Source of the DNA: an uncultured archaeon
Lineage (GTDB): Archaea > Asgardarchaeota > Thorarchaeia > Thorarchaeales > Thorarchaeaceae
Direction of reading: 5' to 3'
Assembly: GCA_964558645.1 (NCBI GenBank)
Contig: CAZLEV010000003.1
Coordinates: forward strand, 64,001-128,000
Length of the DNA: 64,000 nucleotides
Shown here: in pieces, positions 10,189 to 20,843 of the stretch
Layout: every line of letters starts with the position of its first letter
Position numbering within the stretch: position 1 is the stretch's first letter
The notes under the pieces: model-generated
Told to the model about the DNA's origin: nothing
Database searches by the model: none
The model's input: only the letters and a program-made list of their open reading frames with translations
Made by a program: the position numbers and the translations under genes

Positions 10189-11346
10189 TTACAGTTCTAG
10201 TCCACGATGGAGATTTGGTGTGAATATCTCATGGCCGTCTGAAGTAACATGAACAACATCCTCAACGTTGAATCCAGCAACTCCAGTCCAATAATACGGG
10301 ACTTCTATAGAGAGTACCATGTTCTCTTCGAGTTCGATGTGATTGTTGGGGTTGACCAGAGGCTCTTCCTCCGTGATGAGACCGAGACCGTGACCAAGAT
10401 GAGACCTCTCAAATTCAGGATAACCCATCTCTCGGACTGTTTCGATTCCGGTCTTGAAGAGGTCTGAGAACTTGACGCCTGGCTCTATCATATCGACAAT
10501 GCGCCTCTCTGCCTCAGCGAGAGCGCTGTATACTTTCACAATCTTCTCGGATGGTTCTCCCAGCACACGACAGCGAGCGAAATCACAGCGGTATCCATAG
10601 TATATAGCCCCACCGTCGAATCTCATGACATCACCTTTCTTTAACTTGTGGTCGAGAGGCCATCCGCGTCTAACCGTTGCAGACTCTTTGCCGATAGTTA
10701 GATTCTGATGAATTAGACCCTTGTGCATGAATCCTCCCTGTTTGGTGATTTCGAGCTGAAATGCCCCTAAGAAATCTGCTTCTGTCGCACCTTCCTTCGC
10801 AACTGCGAATGCAGCTTCGAATCCTTTCTCAGAGATTTCGCAGGCTCTCTTTATCCTGTCGACTTCTTCCTTGATTTTGACTGCTCTGATGTCTAGGAAG
10901 GTCTTGGAGGCATCGTGGAACTTCACGTCCGGAAGTTTGTCCACAATCTTTCTGAAGTCAACAATAGGCAAGGTCTTCTCCTCAATCCCGATAGTTGCCT
11001 TGGTGAGCCCTTTCTCTTTAAGAACATCTTCGAGTGCTACCACAGTGTTGTCGTAGACATCTATCTCATCCTCATTTTCCCTTTTGAAGTACGCCCAAGT
11101 CTTGGTGAATCTCTGGTCCTTGATGGGAGAAACGACTTTGGCGAGGTCTGCGTCCAAGGCAGTAACGCACAAGACTGGATCTCCATCAAGAGGAATCAGA
11201 ACGAACTGTCCAAAACCGCTCGAGAAACCCCTGAAGCGGTCTATGAACGGAATGTATAGATCTCCTGCGTAGAAGAAGTTCTCGGGAGAGGAAGCAAGGA
11301 GAGCATCCAGCTTCCGCTCCTTCATTATTTTCTTTGCTCTCTTCAT
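10189..11346 (-). CDS. M24 family Xaa-Pro peptidase/creatinase-like amidohydrolase
   Basis: Creatinase N-domain (LDALLASSPENFFY), DGG...GYRCDFAR, GHGLG, IEVP, VEDVV. Confidence 0.9.
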   Translation of the reverse strand: MKRAKKIMKERKLDALLASSPENFFYAGDLYIPFIDRFRGFSSGFGQFVLIPLDGDPVLCVTALDADLAKVVSPIKDQRFTKTWAYFKRENEDEIDVYDNTVVALEDVLKEKGLTKATIGIEEKTLPIVDFRKIVDKLPDVKFHDASKTFLDIRAVKIKEEVDRIKRACEISEKGFEAAFAVAKEGATEADFLGAFQLEITKQGGFMHKGLIHQNLTIGKESATVRRGWPLDHKLKKGDVMRFDGGAIYYGYRCDFARCRVLGEPSEKIVKVYSALAEAERRIVDMIEPGVKFSDLFKTGIETVREMGYPEFERSHLGHGLGLITEEEPLVNPNNHIELEENMVLSIEVPYYWTGVAGFNVEDVVHVTSDGHEIFTPNLHRGLEL

Positions 11347-11400
11347 GTTGATTGGCGTTTTCTACATCTCCTTTCATTTCATCATAATAACGAACAACAT

Positions 11401-12483
11401 CTAGACAACGTACTTATCGTTTGGATACTCATCCATGTACCTATCACGTCGATCGACAATGACCGTGACGACATTCTGGCCTTCGTCCAGATTCTCAGCA
11501 ACTTTCAGGGCTGCATGCACGTTTGCGCCAGAAGACATACCACAGTAGATACCCTCTTCCTTGCACAGCCTGTTGGCCATGTTCCTAGCATCGTCCTGAG
11601 TCACACCGAACCATTCATCTGGATACCCTCTCTTGTACATCTTCTCTACAATCGAGTCTTCTGTTACCCATTTCTCAAGTCCGAGCATCTCACATATCTT
11701 CATTCGGAGTGGTGGCCGTCCCATTGTTGTGCTATCCATGATGTCCGTACTGATATCTACCAGGCTGGTTCCTTCGTCAGGAACCACTCCAAAGGTATAC
11801 GGTTCAACACCATGATTCTTCAGTGCTGTTGCCACTCCCAAAAACGTGGCACCTGATCCCACCGATGCGCCCCATGCATCAATCTTACCCTCTAGTTGAG
11901 TGTGAATCTCTTCACCCATGGGGATCTGCCCTTCCCAGTTCGCATCATTGTAGATCTGGTCAACCCAGACGACATCAGGGTTGTCACGTTCCATCTCATA
12001 CATGTGGTACTTTCCGGCGATTATGACAGCGAACCTGCGTTCTTTGTCGGTTTCGAAGGCATCTAATACCTCATCGCACGGCAGTGGGCAGGGATAGTGA
12101 TTCGCACCGAAGGCAGAGCTGATTTTGAGTCTAGCGCTCATATTCTTGTCTCCGGAGTGTAGGAAATGAGCATAGGTGCAGAGTTTGATTTTGTAGCCCT
12201 TCATGGCACAGACAAAAGCCAGGGCTGGAGCTGTGTTTCCAGCGGATGCATCACAGACCGTCCCGCCCGGCTCGAGTTTCTTTCCGTTCCAGGTATCGCC
12301 CCTCTCTGCAGCTTCGATCATGGAGAGTGCCATTCTGTCCTTGTAGCTCCCACTGGGGTTGAGGTGTTCGAGTTTCACGAATACGTTTGCGGGAACATCC
12401 TTGCCGACTCTGTTTAGCTTAAGCAGAGGGGTATTCCCTATCACTTCTAGCATGCTTTCCTTATAGTCCATTTTTGTGGTCAC
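11401..12483 (-). CDS. Cysteine synthase/cystathionine beta-synthase family PLP enzyme (divergent)
   Basis: IGNTPL, KLEHLNPSGSYKDR (PLP Lys), GMSSGAN, DRRDRY; substrate loop is ASAGNTA rather than TSGNTG. Confidence 0.88.
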   Translation of the reverse strand: MTTKMDYKESMLEVIGNTPLLKLNRVGKDVPANVFVKLEHLNPSGSYKDRMALSMIEAAERGDTWNGKKLEPGGTVCDASAGNTAPALAFVCAMKGYKIKLCTYAHFLHSGDKNMSARLKISSAFGANHYPCPLPCDEVLDAFETDKERRFAVIIAGKYHMYEMERDNPDVVWVDQIYNDANWEGQIPMGEEIHTQLEGKIDAWGASVGSGATFLGVATALKNHGVEPYTFGVVPDEGTSLVDISTDIMDSTTMGRPPLRMKICEMLGLEKWVTEDSIVEKMYKRGYPDEWFGVTQDDARNMANRLCKEEGIYCGMSSGANVHAALKVAENLDEGQNVVTVIVDRRDRYMDEYPNDKYVV

Positions 12484-12503
12484 CTTCTCAGGTTATTGTT
12501 CAC

Positions 12504-13967
12504 CTACTTCTCTATCTCGCTAGCCCACTTCGCAATGGTTTCAAGCGTCTTCACGAGTCCCCTTACACAGAGCTCAACAACATCTGGAATCAGTTTACCT
12601 TCCGAATCTAGGTTGCCTTGGCCCATGACCAAGAACAGATTTCCGTCATAGCATAGTGGAGGTCGGATCCCTAGCTGCGGGGTTCCTTTCTGTATCAGAT
12701 TGCTGGCTGCGTACATGTCCTCTATACTGAATATTGGCATTCCCCACTTGTCTCCCTTCCAAGTGTCGGCGTAGTTGATTTCTACAGCCATTCCGTTTAC
12801 AGTAGGAGTTATCCTCCAGCCATTCTGCTGTATGAGATCAGATTCAGAGGTCGTGGCTTTGATGATCTTGTGCATGGTTGCAACATTTTCTCTCATCATG
12901 TCTTCTTTCGCGAGAAGGTTTTCAAGCGCAACGACAACTCCAGCCAGTGCCTCCTTCCCGGGGTCCGCCATAACATGTGCCGCTTTTCCATACGAGGATG
13001 CTGTGCCTTCACGTGCTCCATGAACTCCCATTGCCTTGCGTACAGGGACCATAACGTCTTCCTTTCCGAGAATAAGGCCGCACGTGGGACCTCCTGCTGC
13101 TTTGTCCATGCTGTACATCATTATGTCTGCGCCGTTCTGCCTGGGATCAATTCCTAAGAATGGAGTTCCTCTTGCGTTGTCGCAGATGTAGGGTACATCA
13201 TACTTGTTTGCGAGGCCACCGATGAGTTTCTGAAGCTTTGGTGTTCCATCCTTGTCCTTAATGTCGTATCCGTAACCAATCGTGTCATAGCCAAGTGACG
13301 TGAATGCTGCAAGCCTGTCAATATGCCTCTCCGCAACGGTCTGCATCCTTTCAGCTGACGCCTCAGGGTCAACTTCTGTGAGTATTGGTACAGGATGGTA
13401 CTTGATACCGTGAGCAGGGTAACGAGCTCCTTCGAGAGGGACAATAAGGGTATCGAGATTGGACAACCTCTTTCCCGAGAGTCCGAGCTCTCCTGATGTG
13501 ACTCCTCGGTCACTGAAGAGTTCTTTGTACTTGGGTGGAAACGGACGGCCATATCCTCCCTGATGATGCAAGTGTCTCTCGTAGGGCGCAATATATGCTG
13601 ACCTATAGGCGTCACCTCTGCCTAGAGTGGGTGGCGTTACAAGAGCCTCAAATGATACCCAAAGAGCCGCTTCGGCTGTACTCACTACAGTGGCATCATA
13701 GTCGTCCCCATATACATCCTTGACCATATCACGCACTCTATCGATATAGGTGACAAGCGAGATTACTTCCTTGCTGGCGTTATGCATCGCATCGAGAATA
13801 TTATCAGCGATGGTGGGTGGTGTTCCAGATCCCCCACCCATACCGATTCTACCATACTTATCCTTTGGAACCTTGACCTCGTCTGACTGTGCCTTTATAT
13901 CAGACATGATTTCCGACTTGTGTTTTTCAAGATACTGATACATCCTGAACTTATTATTATCTGACAT
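12504..13967 (-). CDS. Fold-type I PLP-dependent enzyme, SelA-like/uncharacterised
   Basis: PYICDNARG and MYSMDKAAGGPTCGLILGK resemble the SelA-like PLP lysine motif. Confidence 0.65.
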   Translation of the reverse strand: MSDNNKFRMYQYLEKHKSEIMSDIKAQSDEVKVPKDKYGRIGMGGGSGTPPTIADNILDAMHNASKEVISLVTYIDRVRDMVKDVYGDDYDATVVSTAEAALWVSFEALVTPPTLGRGDAYRSAYIAPYERHLHHQGGYGRPFPPKYKELFSDRGVTSGELGLSGKRLSNLDTLIVPLEGARYPAHGIKYHPVPILTEVDPEASAERMQTVAERHIDRLAAFTSLGYDTIGYGYDIKDKDGTPKLQKLIGGLANKYDVPYICDNARGTPFLGIDPRQNGADIMMYSMDKAAGGPTCGLILGKEDVMVPVRKAMGVHGAREGTASSYGKAAHVMADPGKEALAGVVVALENLLAKEDMMRENVATMHKIIKATTSESDLIQQNGWRITPTVNGMAVEINYADTWKGDKWGMPIFSIEDMYAASNLIQKGTPQLGIRPPLCYDGNLFLVMGQGNLDSEGKLIPDVVELCVRGLVKTLETIAKWASEIEK

Positions 13968-13995
13968 ATTTTGAAATACGATGCTTCTCCCTAAT

Positions 13996-14281
13996 ATATT
14001 CTCTGATATTCCCCCGTCCGCGACGGATATTCAATGAAAAATCCGTAACTTGGCTGACGACAGAAACACAGTTCTTTCGTTCTCTTGTTGAATTATCGGA
14101 GACACGACTTCTCCTTTCACTTCAGAAGATGCCTTCAATCGGCCATCCGGGGGCCGTTTCTGGGATGCTTCGCTTGGAGGTTTTTCACTTGATATGTACT
14201 TGACCACAGGAAGAGGCATTGAAGTGGTCGCAAATACCGGTTTTTATATGAAGGTTTATTTTCCCGATATTCGGAATATTC
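13996..14281. promoter_or_regulatory. Divergent promoter region with repeated ATATTC boxes (putative operator)
   Basis: ATATTC at 13996, 14006, 14027, 14267 and 14276; ATATTC-G-GAATAT palindrome at 14267-14279; TTTTTATA TATA-like element near 14241. Confidence 0.55.
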
Positions 14282-14319
14282 GCTCGGGTTTACAATAATC
14301 GTGAGAGTCATGATGTTCT

Positions 14320-15528
14320 ATGATGAGTGAGAAAGGCTATCCATCAGAGTTCTATGTCCTGATCGCTACCTCAGTAACAGTCTTCCTTGCTGTTGAAACA
14401 ACCCGTCCGATTCTCCCGTTGCACGTCACGGCGATTGGAGCATCTCCTGTTGAGCTGGGCCTCATCATAGGATTGCTCTCGTTTGGATTGATGATTGCGA
14501 AGATTCCACTGGGTGCGTTTTCGGAAGCAGTTCCTGCTAAGAATATATTGGGTATAGCGGCAGTGGGCCAGAGCGTAGTTCAATGGATGTATTCGATCGC
14601 ATCGACTACAGAGGCCTTCTACGCTATACAGATCATTCATGCCATCATCATCGCACCGGTGGTACCTGTTGCAGTGGCTGTATCTCAGAATCTTGCTCCT
14701 CGCGGCCGCGAGAGTGAAACCATGGGGGCATTCTTAACATCATACGGAATCGCTTCGATGGCCGGCAGTTTCCTTTGTTCATTTCTTCTCACCATAATGG
14801 ACTATGCTCAGATATTCCAAGTGGCAGCGATTGTCCCTCTATTAGGCCTAGTACTTTTGATCATCGCCCGAAACGGCGAGTACTTGAGGGAGCCAACAGG
14901 TGGAGAAGAGCGTCCGGGTCTTGCTTCTTCTATGACTAATATACTGAGGTCGAGAGATATGCTGTTGCTCTCTTATCTCCGTCTAGCCTACGCGATCACC
15001 TATGCATTCTTCATTACCTTCTTCATCATCTACGCAGAGAACTCTCTCCTGATTCCAGCTGCTCTCGTAGCGTTGCTCTTTGGTGTGAGGAGTGCAACAG
15101 ATATGGCGGTGAGACTTCCGGTTGGGAAGATGTTGAACAAGACAGACTACAAGTGGTGTATTGTTGTAGCGTTTCTGTCACTCTCCGCAATATACTACCT
15201 TATCTCTGAGATGACGGATTACATAGTGTTGGCAGTGTTGATGGCCGTGTTTGGTATAATGATCGGCCTCCGCGTTGTTTCCGAATACACCATGCTTGCT
15301 GAGCATTCGGAGCCGGGGGCTAGGAGTGTGTCAGCAGCCTACTTATCTACAATGTTCAATATTGGTTCAGGGTTTGGATCTGTAGCTGCAGGAATTCTAG
15401 CAACCATTCTTGGTATTCCATCCATCTTCAAGATAGCAGCAGTATTGATGGTCACAGCCGCGATTGCAGCTCTTGCAATCACTAGTGATGCTAAGCAAGC
15501 AGATGTTCTCCACCCAGGATCGAACTAA
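14320..15528 (+). CDS. MFS transporter (paralog of 8354..9574)
   Basis: 12-TM pattern; shares YPxEFxxL and GxRVxSExxMLAxxSxxGARS with the 8354 MFS. Confidence 0.88.
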   Translation: MMSEKGYPSEFYVLIATSVTVFLAVETTRPILPLHVTAIGASPVELGLIIGLLSFGLMIAKIPLGAFSEAVPAKNILGIAAVGQSVVQWMYSIASTTEAFYAIQIIHAIIIAPVVPVAVAVSQNLAPRGRESETMGAFLTSYGIASMAGSFLCSFLLTIMDYAQIFQVAAIVPLLGLVLLIIARNGEYLREPTGGEERPGLASSMTNILRSRDMLLLSYLRLAYAITYAFFITFFIIYAENSLLIPAALVALLFGVRSATDMAVRLPVGKMLNKTDYKWCIVVAFLSLSAIYYLISEMTDYIVLAVLMAVFGIMIGLRVVSEYTMLAEHSEPGARSVSAAYLSTMFNIGSGFGSVAAGILATILGIPSIFKIAAVLMVTAAIAALAITSDAKQADVLHPGSN

Positions 15529-15596
15529 GAGTCGCCATGCCGCTTAATTCGAAAACAACAAATAACTAACAGTCGCCCGTTTCTGTCGGGATATTA

Positions 15597-17027
15597 ATGA
15601 CATTATTGGAAGAAATTCATGCGTATATCGATAGTCACAGCGATGTTCATCTTGAGGGCTTGCAGGATTTTGTCAAGCATCCAAGTATTTCAGTTGAGGG
15701 TCGCGGTACACGCGAGTGTGCCCGGTTTATCAATCAGTGGATGGTTGAAATCGGGTTTCAGATGGTTGAGCTCTACACCCCCGAAGGGAATCCAACTATA
15801 TACGGTGAATATTCCTCCTCGGCTAATCCGGATAAGACACTCTTGCTATATGGCGCATACGATAGCAATCCTGTGGAAGAGGAAAAATGGCATTCTCCTC
15901 CATTCAGCGGCGAAATCGTTGAGAAGCCGGGGTTGGGTAAGTGTTTGGTCGCCAGAGGTGTCAATAACAAGATGAAAGTGACAGGCATCCTAAATGCGAT
16001 TTCTAGTATTCAAAGTGTTTCCGAGGATCTTCCTGTAAACATCATTGTCGTTATCGATGGTGAAGAAGAGATGTTCAGTCCGAATCTTCCATCTTTTGTT
16101 TCAGAATACGCCGAGCATCTGAAGGCTGCAGATGCTCTTTACATGCCCTTCTCTTCTCAGAATTCTAAGGGCGTAGCTAGGGTTCAACTTGGCTATAAGG
16201 GAGTTTCATATCTTGAGTTGAGCTGTTCACACGAAACGTGGCATAGAGGCCCGAGTGATGAGATTCATAGTATGCACAGAGCCGCGGTTGACAATCCTGT
16301 GTGGTATCTGATCCACGCACTGGCATCCATGACAACCAAGAACGGCAACGAAGTTGTAGTCAATGGATTCGGTGATGCTATTGCTCCTCCTGAGCCGGGT
16401 TTTGTGAAGCTTGTAGAGAGTCTAGCTGAAGACTTCGATGTCAGCTCCTACAAAGAAGGGCTGGGAGTAGATCATCTCATGGATGATGAAGAAGAGCCGT
16501 TGGATGTGCTCAAGAAACTCTTCTTCACGTCACAAATCAACATAGACGGGATTTGGGGCGGCTACATTGGAGAAGGCGCAGAGGCGGTTGTTCCGCCAGA
16601 AGCAAGGGCCAAGCTTGACATCCGACTTATTCCTGAACAGAAACCTGTTAGGGTCCGCAGGCTAATCGAGAATCACCTTACATTACACGGCTTCAATGGA
16701 ATCACTATTGATGAATTGGCGGCAGTTGAGACTTGTCGAACCTCAGTAGATGATGAAATCGCAAGGTCTCTGATTCAGGCCTACGATAGCATCGGGGTTC
16801 ATGCTCAGGTATGGCCCAGCTCATTGGCCACGATTCCCATCTATGTCTTCAACCAGCCCCCGTTGAGCCTGCCGTTTGCCACTGGCTGTGTCGGCTTCGG
16901 TGGTCACACTCACGGAAGCAATGAGTATTTCGTTGTTGAAGGGAACGGCGACATTCAGGGGTTGGCGGGTTACGAGAAACTCATTGCGTCTGTTATCTGC
17001 CATTTTGGGCAATGTAATAGGACATAG
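15597..17027 (+). CDS. M20/M25/M40 family metallo-hydrolase with altered metal ligands
   Basis: PSIS, W.SPPF, GEEE, GYKG, HGSNEY; YGAYD replaces YGHYD and ARGVNNK replaces RGxxDDK. Confidence 0.85.
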   Translation: MTLLEEIHAYIDSHSDVHLEGLQDFVKHPSISVEGRGTRECARFINQWMVEIGFQMVELYTPEGNPTIYGEYSSSANPDKTLLLYGAYDSNPVEEEKWHSPPFSGEIVEKPGLGKCLVARGVNNKMKVTGILNAISSIQSVSEDLPVNIIVVIDGEEEMFSPNLPSFVSEYAEHLKAADALYMPFSSQNSKGVARVQLGYKGVSYLELSCSHETWHRGPSDEIHSMHRAAVDNPVWYLIHALASMTTKNGNEVVVNGFGDAIAPPEPGFVKLVESLAEDFDVSSYKEGLGVDHLMDDEEEPLDVLKKLFFTSQINIDGIWGGYIGEGAEAVVPPEARAKLDIRLIPEQKPVRVRRLIENHLTLHGFNGITIDELAAVETCRTSVDDEIARSLIQAYDSIGVHAQVWPSSLATIPIYVFNQPPLSLPFATGCVGFGGHTHGSNEYFVVEGNGDIQGLAGYEKLIASVICHFGQCNRT

Positions 17028-17222
17028 AATGGAGTCTTCGTTCTGCCGAGGATTAGTGTGTGACGCGATGCAGCAGATATCTCTCCGCCTAACACCTTAG
17101 TCGAGGGTGGAGTTGTGGCCATCGAGTATTCGTGCCAATATTCCTTGTAAGGATGACTCCTCTAATCGAAAAAGAAAACACGTTTATATATTGCGTCGAT
17201 ATTCATCCAATGGCTGATTAAA

Positions 17223-18206
17223 ATGAAGATATTCTCCGACATCGATGATATTCTAAAGAAAAAAGGGGTTGTTGAATCCGGGTGGTTAAGAGTATCAACT
17301 CGGTCAGATGGTTCGCCGTATGGTATTCCCATTAACGTACTATGTGGGGACGAGTCTGGGCCTGTCTTCCTTGTTGAGGCCTGTTGTCACGGTGATGAGG
17401 CCGAGGGCACACTCGCTGCTGTCAGCTTGGTGAGAGAACTGGACACCAGTGCTATTAGAGGGAGCGTCATCGTCGTTCCTGCTCTGAATACTAGGGCATA
17501 CGAGTCATGTACAAGGGGTAATCCTGATGAGAGATACAACTATGACATGAACCGTCTCTTCCCTGGCAATCCAGACGGTTCCGTGTCACAGAAAATCATC
17601 CATACCTATGTTTCAAAAATCGTGTCAAGAGCAGACTATGTAGTTTCTTTGCACGGCGGTGGCAACCTCTTCTATCTTGCGAACCGCGTTATGGTAAGCA
17701 AAGACCCGAAGTCGATACAGTTGGCAAAGGCAATGGGCCCAGAGTGGACGTATCTGCATCAGAGCCATCATCCGGGGACACTCTTGGTGGAATGTGCCGA
17801 CCGGGGAATCCCCTGCGTAATTGCCGAGCTCGGTGGTTCAAGTAACAGGCTCCCGGATGCTCTAATGAGAAATGTCAGTGCCTTTGTGGATGCAGTGAAA
17901 AACATCATGAGATCTGTGGGAGTTATAGAGGGAGATGTCGCGTTTCCAAAGAGATGGGGGGTTCTTGAAGGAACGAATGTGCGGTGTAGATTCGGTGGAA
18001 TCATGATGCCCACGGAAAAATGCAGAATCCGTACGGATGTCAAGAAGGGCGATCACATGGTGACAATCTATGACCTCTTCGGCAAAGAACTAGAGAAGGT
18101 ACTAGCGCCTCAAGATGGCATGGTCTTGGGAGTACCTGTACTCCCGGTTGCTTATCCGGGCAACAACATTCTTACTATAGCAAGAGTGAGCGAGTGGATT
18201 GAGTGA
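17223..18206 (+). CDS. Succinylglutamate desuccinylase/aspartoacylase family (M14) deacylase
   Basis: HGDEAEG, DMNRLFPG, SLHGGG, AELGG, C-terminal barrel-sandwich hybrid domain. Confidence 0.9.
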   Translation: MKIFSDIDDILKKKGVVESGWLRVSTRSDGSPYGIPINVLCGDESGPVFLVEACCHGDEAEGTLAAVSLVRELDTSAIRGSVIVVPALNTRAYESCTRGNPDERYNYDMNRLFPGNPDGSVSQKIIHTYVSKIVSRADYVVSLHGGGNLFYLANRVMVSKDPKSIQLAKAMGPEWTYLHQSHHPGTLLVECADRGIPCVIAELGGSSNRLPDALMRNVSAFVDAVKNIMRSVGVIEGDVAFPKRWGVLEGTNVRCRFGGIMMPTEKCRIRTDVKKGDHMVTIYDLFGKELEKVLAPQDGMVLGVPVLPVAYPGNNILTIARVSEWIE

Positions 18207-18224
18207 CTTCAGTTAAGGGATTGA

Positions 18225-19094
18225 GTGTCAATGAAAGCACAAGTCAGTCTGACGGTTTCGGAAGCTAAGAGAATCATAGCAAAAGGGATCGCATCCAGAA
18301 CTGATGTCAAAAACGCACTTGAACAAGGCCGCATTCTTCTCAAGGGCGGGACGACGGTTTCTGCTATTGCAGACGAACTCATCGGACGAAGTCTGAGAAT
18401 TGGTGGTCGAATAACACCGAGGGGTACTAAGAACGCACTTGAGAAACATAACCAGCCGCACTGTGTTCTTGTTGATAGAGATTCAATTCGAGATGCTGAC
18501 ACAGACATCGAAGAAATCACCGGTAGTCTAGGCCGAGATGACATGATTATCACAAGTGCAAACGCAATCGATGCTGGTGGGAATGCTGCCATGATGGCAG
18601 CAGCTCCTCTTGGGCATTATCCTGGTCGCGCTATGGGTGGATTCTCTAGTCAAGGCTGCAAAGTGATAATTGCAGTGGGTCTTGAGAAGATGATTCCTGG
18701 GACCATTAGGCAAGCCATCCTTGCATCGGGTCGAGAGTCGATTGACATGGCGTTGGGGTCAGCTGTTGGCTTGATCCCACTGACTGGAGAAGTATTCACT
18801 GAATTGGAGGCCATCTCGACTCTTGCAGATGTCGAAGTCACCGTCATTGGCGCGGGAGGCATCCTGGGAGCTGAAGGATCAACTACAATGGTTATTGATG
18901 GACCTGAAAACCAAGTTAGAGCTATCCTTGATACCATAATCTCTATCAAAGGTGCAATAATCAGTGGAACATCAGAAAGCCTTGAAGAATGCGTGCAAGG
19001 TTGTCGTCAATGTCGCAATCATCTTGCCTGCATGTACAAGCTTGGAATGCTTGCCGAGAATTTTTCAAGAATCAAGAAGGATAGAGAGAAATAA
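18225..19094 (+). CDS. Conserved hypothetical protein (NagB/RpiA/CoA-transferase-like fold, C-terminal Cys cluster)
   Basis: LTVSEAKRIIAKG, GGTT, ANAID, VGLEK, GAGGILGAEGS, CxxxCxxCxxHxxC tail. Confidence 0.6.
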   Translation: MSMKAQVSLTVSEAKRIIAKGIASRTDVKNALEQGRILLKGGTTVSAIADELIGRSLRIGGRITPRGTKNALEKHNQPHCVLVDRDSIRDADTDIEEITGSLGRDDMIITSANAIDAGGNAAMMAAAPLGHYPGRAMGGFSSQGCKVIIAVGLEKMIPGTIRQAILASGRESIDMALGSAVGLIPLTGEVFTELEAISTLADVEVTVIGAGGILGAEGSTTMVIDGPENQVRAILDTIISIKGAIISGTSESLEECVQGCRQCRNHLACMYKLGMLAENFSRIKKDREK

Positions 19095-19141
19095 ATGCAT
19101 GTATTTTCTGTATTTACATATATTCACGAAGGTGTCCGTTA

Positions 19142-19462
19142 ATGGCTAAAGAATATAAAACTCCTTATGAAACGCACGAAATTGTCGCAGAAGTTGTATC
19201 AGTGCACGGACTGGGCGGCGAAGATACAGGCGGAAAAGGTCCTTGTAGATACTACAAACCGGGTGACAAAATACTGTTCAAAGAGGCCGAGATAGAAGGC
19301 GTGATTTGCTATAGCGCACTGGTCACAATGATGCACAAGATTCATCCCATGCGAGTTGGCTTCCAATATCCTTGGGCAAAAGATGGTATTATTGTACATG
19401 CCTGCCCAGATGCAGCTAGGCCAGTGGTGTTTCATATTCGAAGAGCTGAGAAGAAAGAATAG
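19142..19462 (+). CDS. TIGR04076-like small Cys-containing protein
   Basis: GPCRYYKPGDKI, ICYSAL, ACPD...PVVFHIRR pattern. Confidence 0.7.
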   Translation: MAKEYKTPYETHEIVAEVVSVHGLGGEDTGGKGPCRYYKPGDKILFKEAEIEGVICYSALVTMMHKIHPMRVGFQYPWAKDGIIVHACPDAARPVVFHIRRAEKKE

Positions 19463-19480
19463 AATTGATGGTGATGTTGA

Positions 19481-20836
19481 TTGCCTACTGTAAGTGAAGT
19501 ACTGGCTGATTGGGCAGCGGGGATAGATCTTAGTGAAGTTCCCAAGGACTTTGTAGAAGCTGCCAAGATGGATATACTTGATATACTGGGATGCGGGCTA
19601 TTCGGTTCCAATCTGCCGTGGGTTCGGATATCCTCAGGACTTGTCAAGGACTGGGGCGGCAAAGAGGAAGCGACTGTCTGGGGGCACGACTGGAAGGCGC
19701 CAGCTGTAAACGCTGTCTTAGCTAATGCTCATGCAGTCAATTCGTTCGAGTTCGATGACACGTATGTCCCCACAGGAATTCACCCTGGCGCCCTTGTTGT
19801 GACTTCAGCAATTGCTTCCGCGGAGTGCTTGGATTCAGTGAGTGGAACTGAACTCCTTGGTGCTGTTTTTGCTGGGCATGAAGTATCTGCCAGAGTCAGG
19901 GCTGGGTTGGGCTGGTCTATTCTGCACGGATGGAATAGCACTGCGATATGCTCGACCTTTGGGGCTGCTGTTGCTTCCGCTAAGATCATGGCCCTTGACA
20001 CCGACGGAATCGTCAATGCCATGGGGATTGCAGGTCCTTACGTTGGAGGTCTGCTTACATATGGTTTTGGAGCTATGGCAAAACGACTTGTAAACGCGCG
20101 TTCGGCCCAAGGTGCAATCATGGCATCTTTTTTGGCAGCGCGAGGATTTACCGGATTCAGAGACATCCTTGAGTCTCCTCAGGGTGGATTCTGCTTAGCT
20201 CATTCACCAGATTGCACGATTGATCAGATACTTGAGGGACTAGGAGAAATCTACGAAATCAGCAAACTGAGACTGAAGAAATACCCCTGTTGCACAAGCT
20301 TCCATGCCGTAGTTGACGCCGTTGCCGAAATCATCGATGAACATTCGCTGAAGCCTGATGAAATTAGGAGAGTTACGATTCAGACAACATCAGGTGCCCT
20401 CAAGAACAACGTCGGTGACGCCTATGACAATATTTCTTCTGCTCAGATGAGCATGGAATATGCGGTCGCCGCAAGGATTGTCGACGGGGAGCTAGGCATC
20501 GGCCAGTACACTGATGAAAGAATAAGAGATTCCGAGCTTAGAGCCATGGTCCAGCGCACTGCAACAGAAGTTGACCCGAATCTAGATGCGAGAGGGCTTG
20601 ACAACAGGATGGCTGCGAAAGCAGAAATTGAAACCAACCATGGGCTCACTGTTAAGAGCTCGTATATTCTCCAGCCCAAGAAGATGACTCAGAACGAGGT
20701 CGTGGAGAAGTTCCGGAAGCTTGCTCAGACCTGTCTGGAAGAAGATAGGGTTGAGGATATCATAGAACTGGTCATGAATATGAGGAATTGTGACGATGTC
20801 AGAGATCTGACATCATTGCTCAGCAAGGAAACATAA
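19481..20836 (+). CDS. MmgE/PrpD family protein
   Basis: LDILGC, EFDDT...HPG, GFTG, LKKYPCCTSFH, EKFR. Confidence 0.92.
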   Translation: MPTVSEVLADWAAGIDLSEVPKDFVEAAKMDILDILGCGLFGSNLPWVRISSGLVKDWGGKEEATVWGHDWKAPAVNAVLANAHAVNSFEFDDTYVPTGIHPGALVVTSAIASAECLDSVSGTELLGAVFAGHEVSARVRAGLGWSILHGWNSTAICSTFGAAVASAKIMALDTDGIVNAMGIAGPYVGGLLTYGFGAMAKRLVNARSAQGAIMASFLAARGFTGFRDILESPQGGFCLAHSPDCTIDQILEGLGEIYEISKLRLKKYPCCTSFHAVVDAVAEIIDEHSLKPDEIRRVTIQTTSGALKNNVGDAYDNISSAQMSMEYAVAARIVDGELGIGQYTDERIRDSELRAMVQRTATEVDPNLDARGLDNRMAAKAEIETNHGLTVKSSYILQPKKMTQNEVVEKFRKLAQTCLEEDRVEDIIELVMNMRNCDDVRDLTSLLSKET

Positions 20837-20843
20837 CGAGAGA

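Noticed and set aside
12504-13967. True selenocysteine synthase (SelA) or a selenoprotein system
   Set aside because: Only the PLP-lysine region is SelA-like; no tRNA-Sec, selB/selD or in-frame UGA genes were noticed, and archaea use SepSecS
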